Source of the DNA: Bacteroidota bacterium
GTDB lineage: Bacteria > Bacteroidota > Bacteroidia > Chitinophagales > BACL12
Direction of reading: 5' to 3'
NCBI GenBank assembly: GCA_016715425.1
Contig: JADKAC010000002.1
Coordinates: 171,351-235,350 of the forward strand
DNA: 64,000 bases
This document shows, one piece after another, positions 63,514 through 64,000 of the stretch. Position numbers and translations under genes: made by a program. Within the stretch, counting starts at the first letter, position 1; every line of letters begins with the position of its first letter. The notes under the pieces were generated by a model. It did no database searches, had not been told where the DNA came from, and saw only the letters and a list, made by a program, of their open reading frames with translations.

Positions 63514-64000
63514 ATGCAATACATACAAGGAACAAATAGGAATCAGGCCGTATTGTTTAATGAAAGTTTAGATCAAATTATCAGCTTTGATAATGAAGTT
63601 CGTTTAATTGATTTATTTGCAGAGAGCATTATAATAGAAGATTTTGGTTTCGTGCAGAAACTAAATACTGAAGGTCGCCCTGCATACAATCCAAAGGATT
63701 TGCTTAAACTTTTATTTACGGTTATCTCAACAGCATGCGCTCATCAAGAGTGTTGGAAAAGAGTGCAGACGCAACATCGAAGTAATGTGGCTTATGAAAC
63801 AACTTGTGCCAGATCATAATACAATTTCAAACTTCCGCAGAGATAATGAAAAAGCTATTCGCAAAGTTTTCAGATACACCGTAAGCATTGCAAAAGAATT
63901 TGATTTAATCGGCGGTAAATTAATTGCCGGCGACAGCACAAAACTGCGTGCTCAAAACAGTAAGAAAAACAATTTCAACCAAAAGAAAATTGAACGCCAT
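63514..64000 (+). mobile_element. IS1182-family-like transposase gene, 5' part; two frame breaks; continues beyond window
   Basis: MQYIQGTNRNQAVLFNESLDQIISFDNEVRLIDLF...GRPAYNPKDLLKL, then in other frames FIYGYLNSMRSSRVLEK and ECRRNIEVMWLMKQLVPDHNTISNFRRDNEKAIRKVF...GDSTKLRAQNS. This is the typical IS1182 / DUF772 N-terminal region. Confidence 0.8.

Noticed and set aside
63514-63819. Programmed ribosomal frameshifting in the transposase.
   Set aside because: Two shifts are needed within 50 nt, there is no slippery heptamer plus structure, and as far as I know the family uses a single ORF. Homopolymer error or decay fits better.

Overview
This is a 64-kb window from an AT-rich Bacteroidota-type chromosome. 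Supporting signs are TAnnTTTG -7 promoter boxes, a PorP/SprF gene, a PorV/FadL-like gene, and both type-A and type-B T9SS sorting domains. I count about 45 protein-coding genes. I saw no rRNA, tRNA or CRISPR by eye. All domain calls rest on motif recognition only, with no searches run. Housekeeping genes present: metG, ruvC, greA, rsmA, pdxA, the rpmF-fabH-efp-accB-accC block, purC, mtaB with an lgt-like gene, ssb, and a ComM/YifB-like ATPase. Cell-surface loci are interleaved with them: (1) a tight minus-strand operon of an oversized TonB-dependent-receptor-like barrel, a 1282-aa secreted protein of unknown function and a PorV/FadL-like barrel (8.3-17 kb); (2) a T9SS type-B module of two tandem choice-of-anchor-L adhesin paralogs, PorP/SprF and an OmpA-family protein with an unusual C-terminal extension (28.7-36.6 kb); (3) scattered surface-polysaccharide genes (Wza-like, GT4, flippase, FkbM); (4) a roughly 10.3-kb PKD-repeat type-B T9SS gene (52.6-62.9 kb) holding about 6.5 near-identical 513-bp tandem units. 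Mobile or repeat content: a RAYT (IS200-like Y1 transposase) flanked by inverted arrays of GC-rich REP hairpins, a heptamer microsatellite, and a truncated IS1182-like transposase at the right edge. Quality caveats: all five frame breaks I found (three in the giant gene, two in the IS transposase) are explained by one missing base in a homopolymer. A 168-bp block of extreme homopolymers at 24.2 kb also removes the purC stop codon. I therefore suspect sequencing or assembly error rather than biology for these. The best candidates for undescribed biology are the TBDR / 1282-aa / PorV-like operon, the recently amplified PKD didomain array, and the OmpA-family C-terminal extension.
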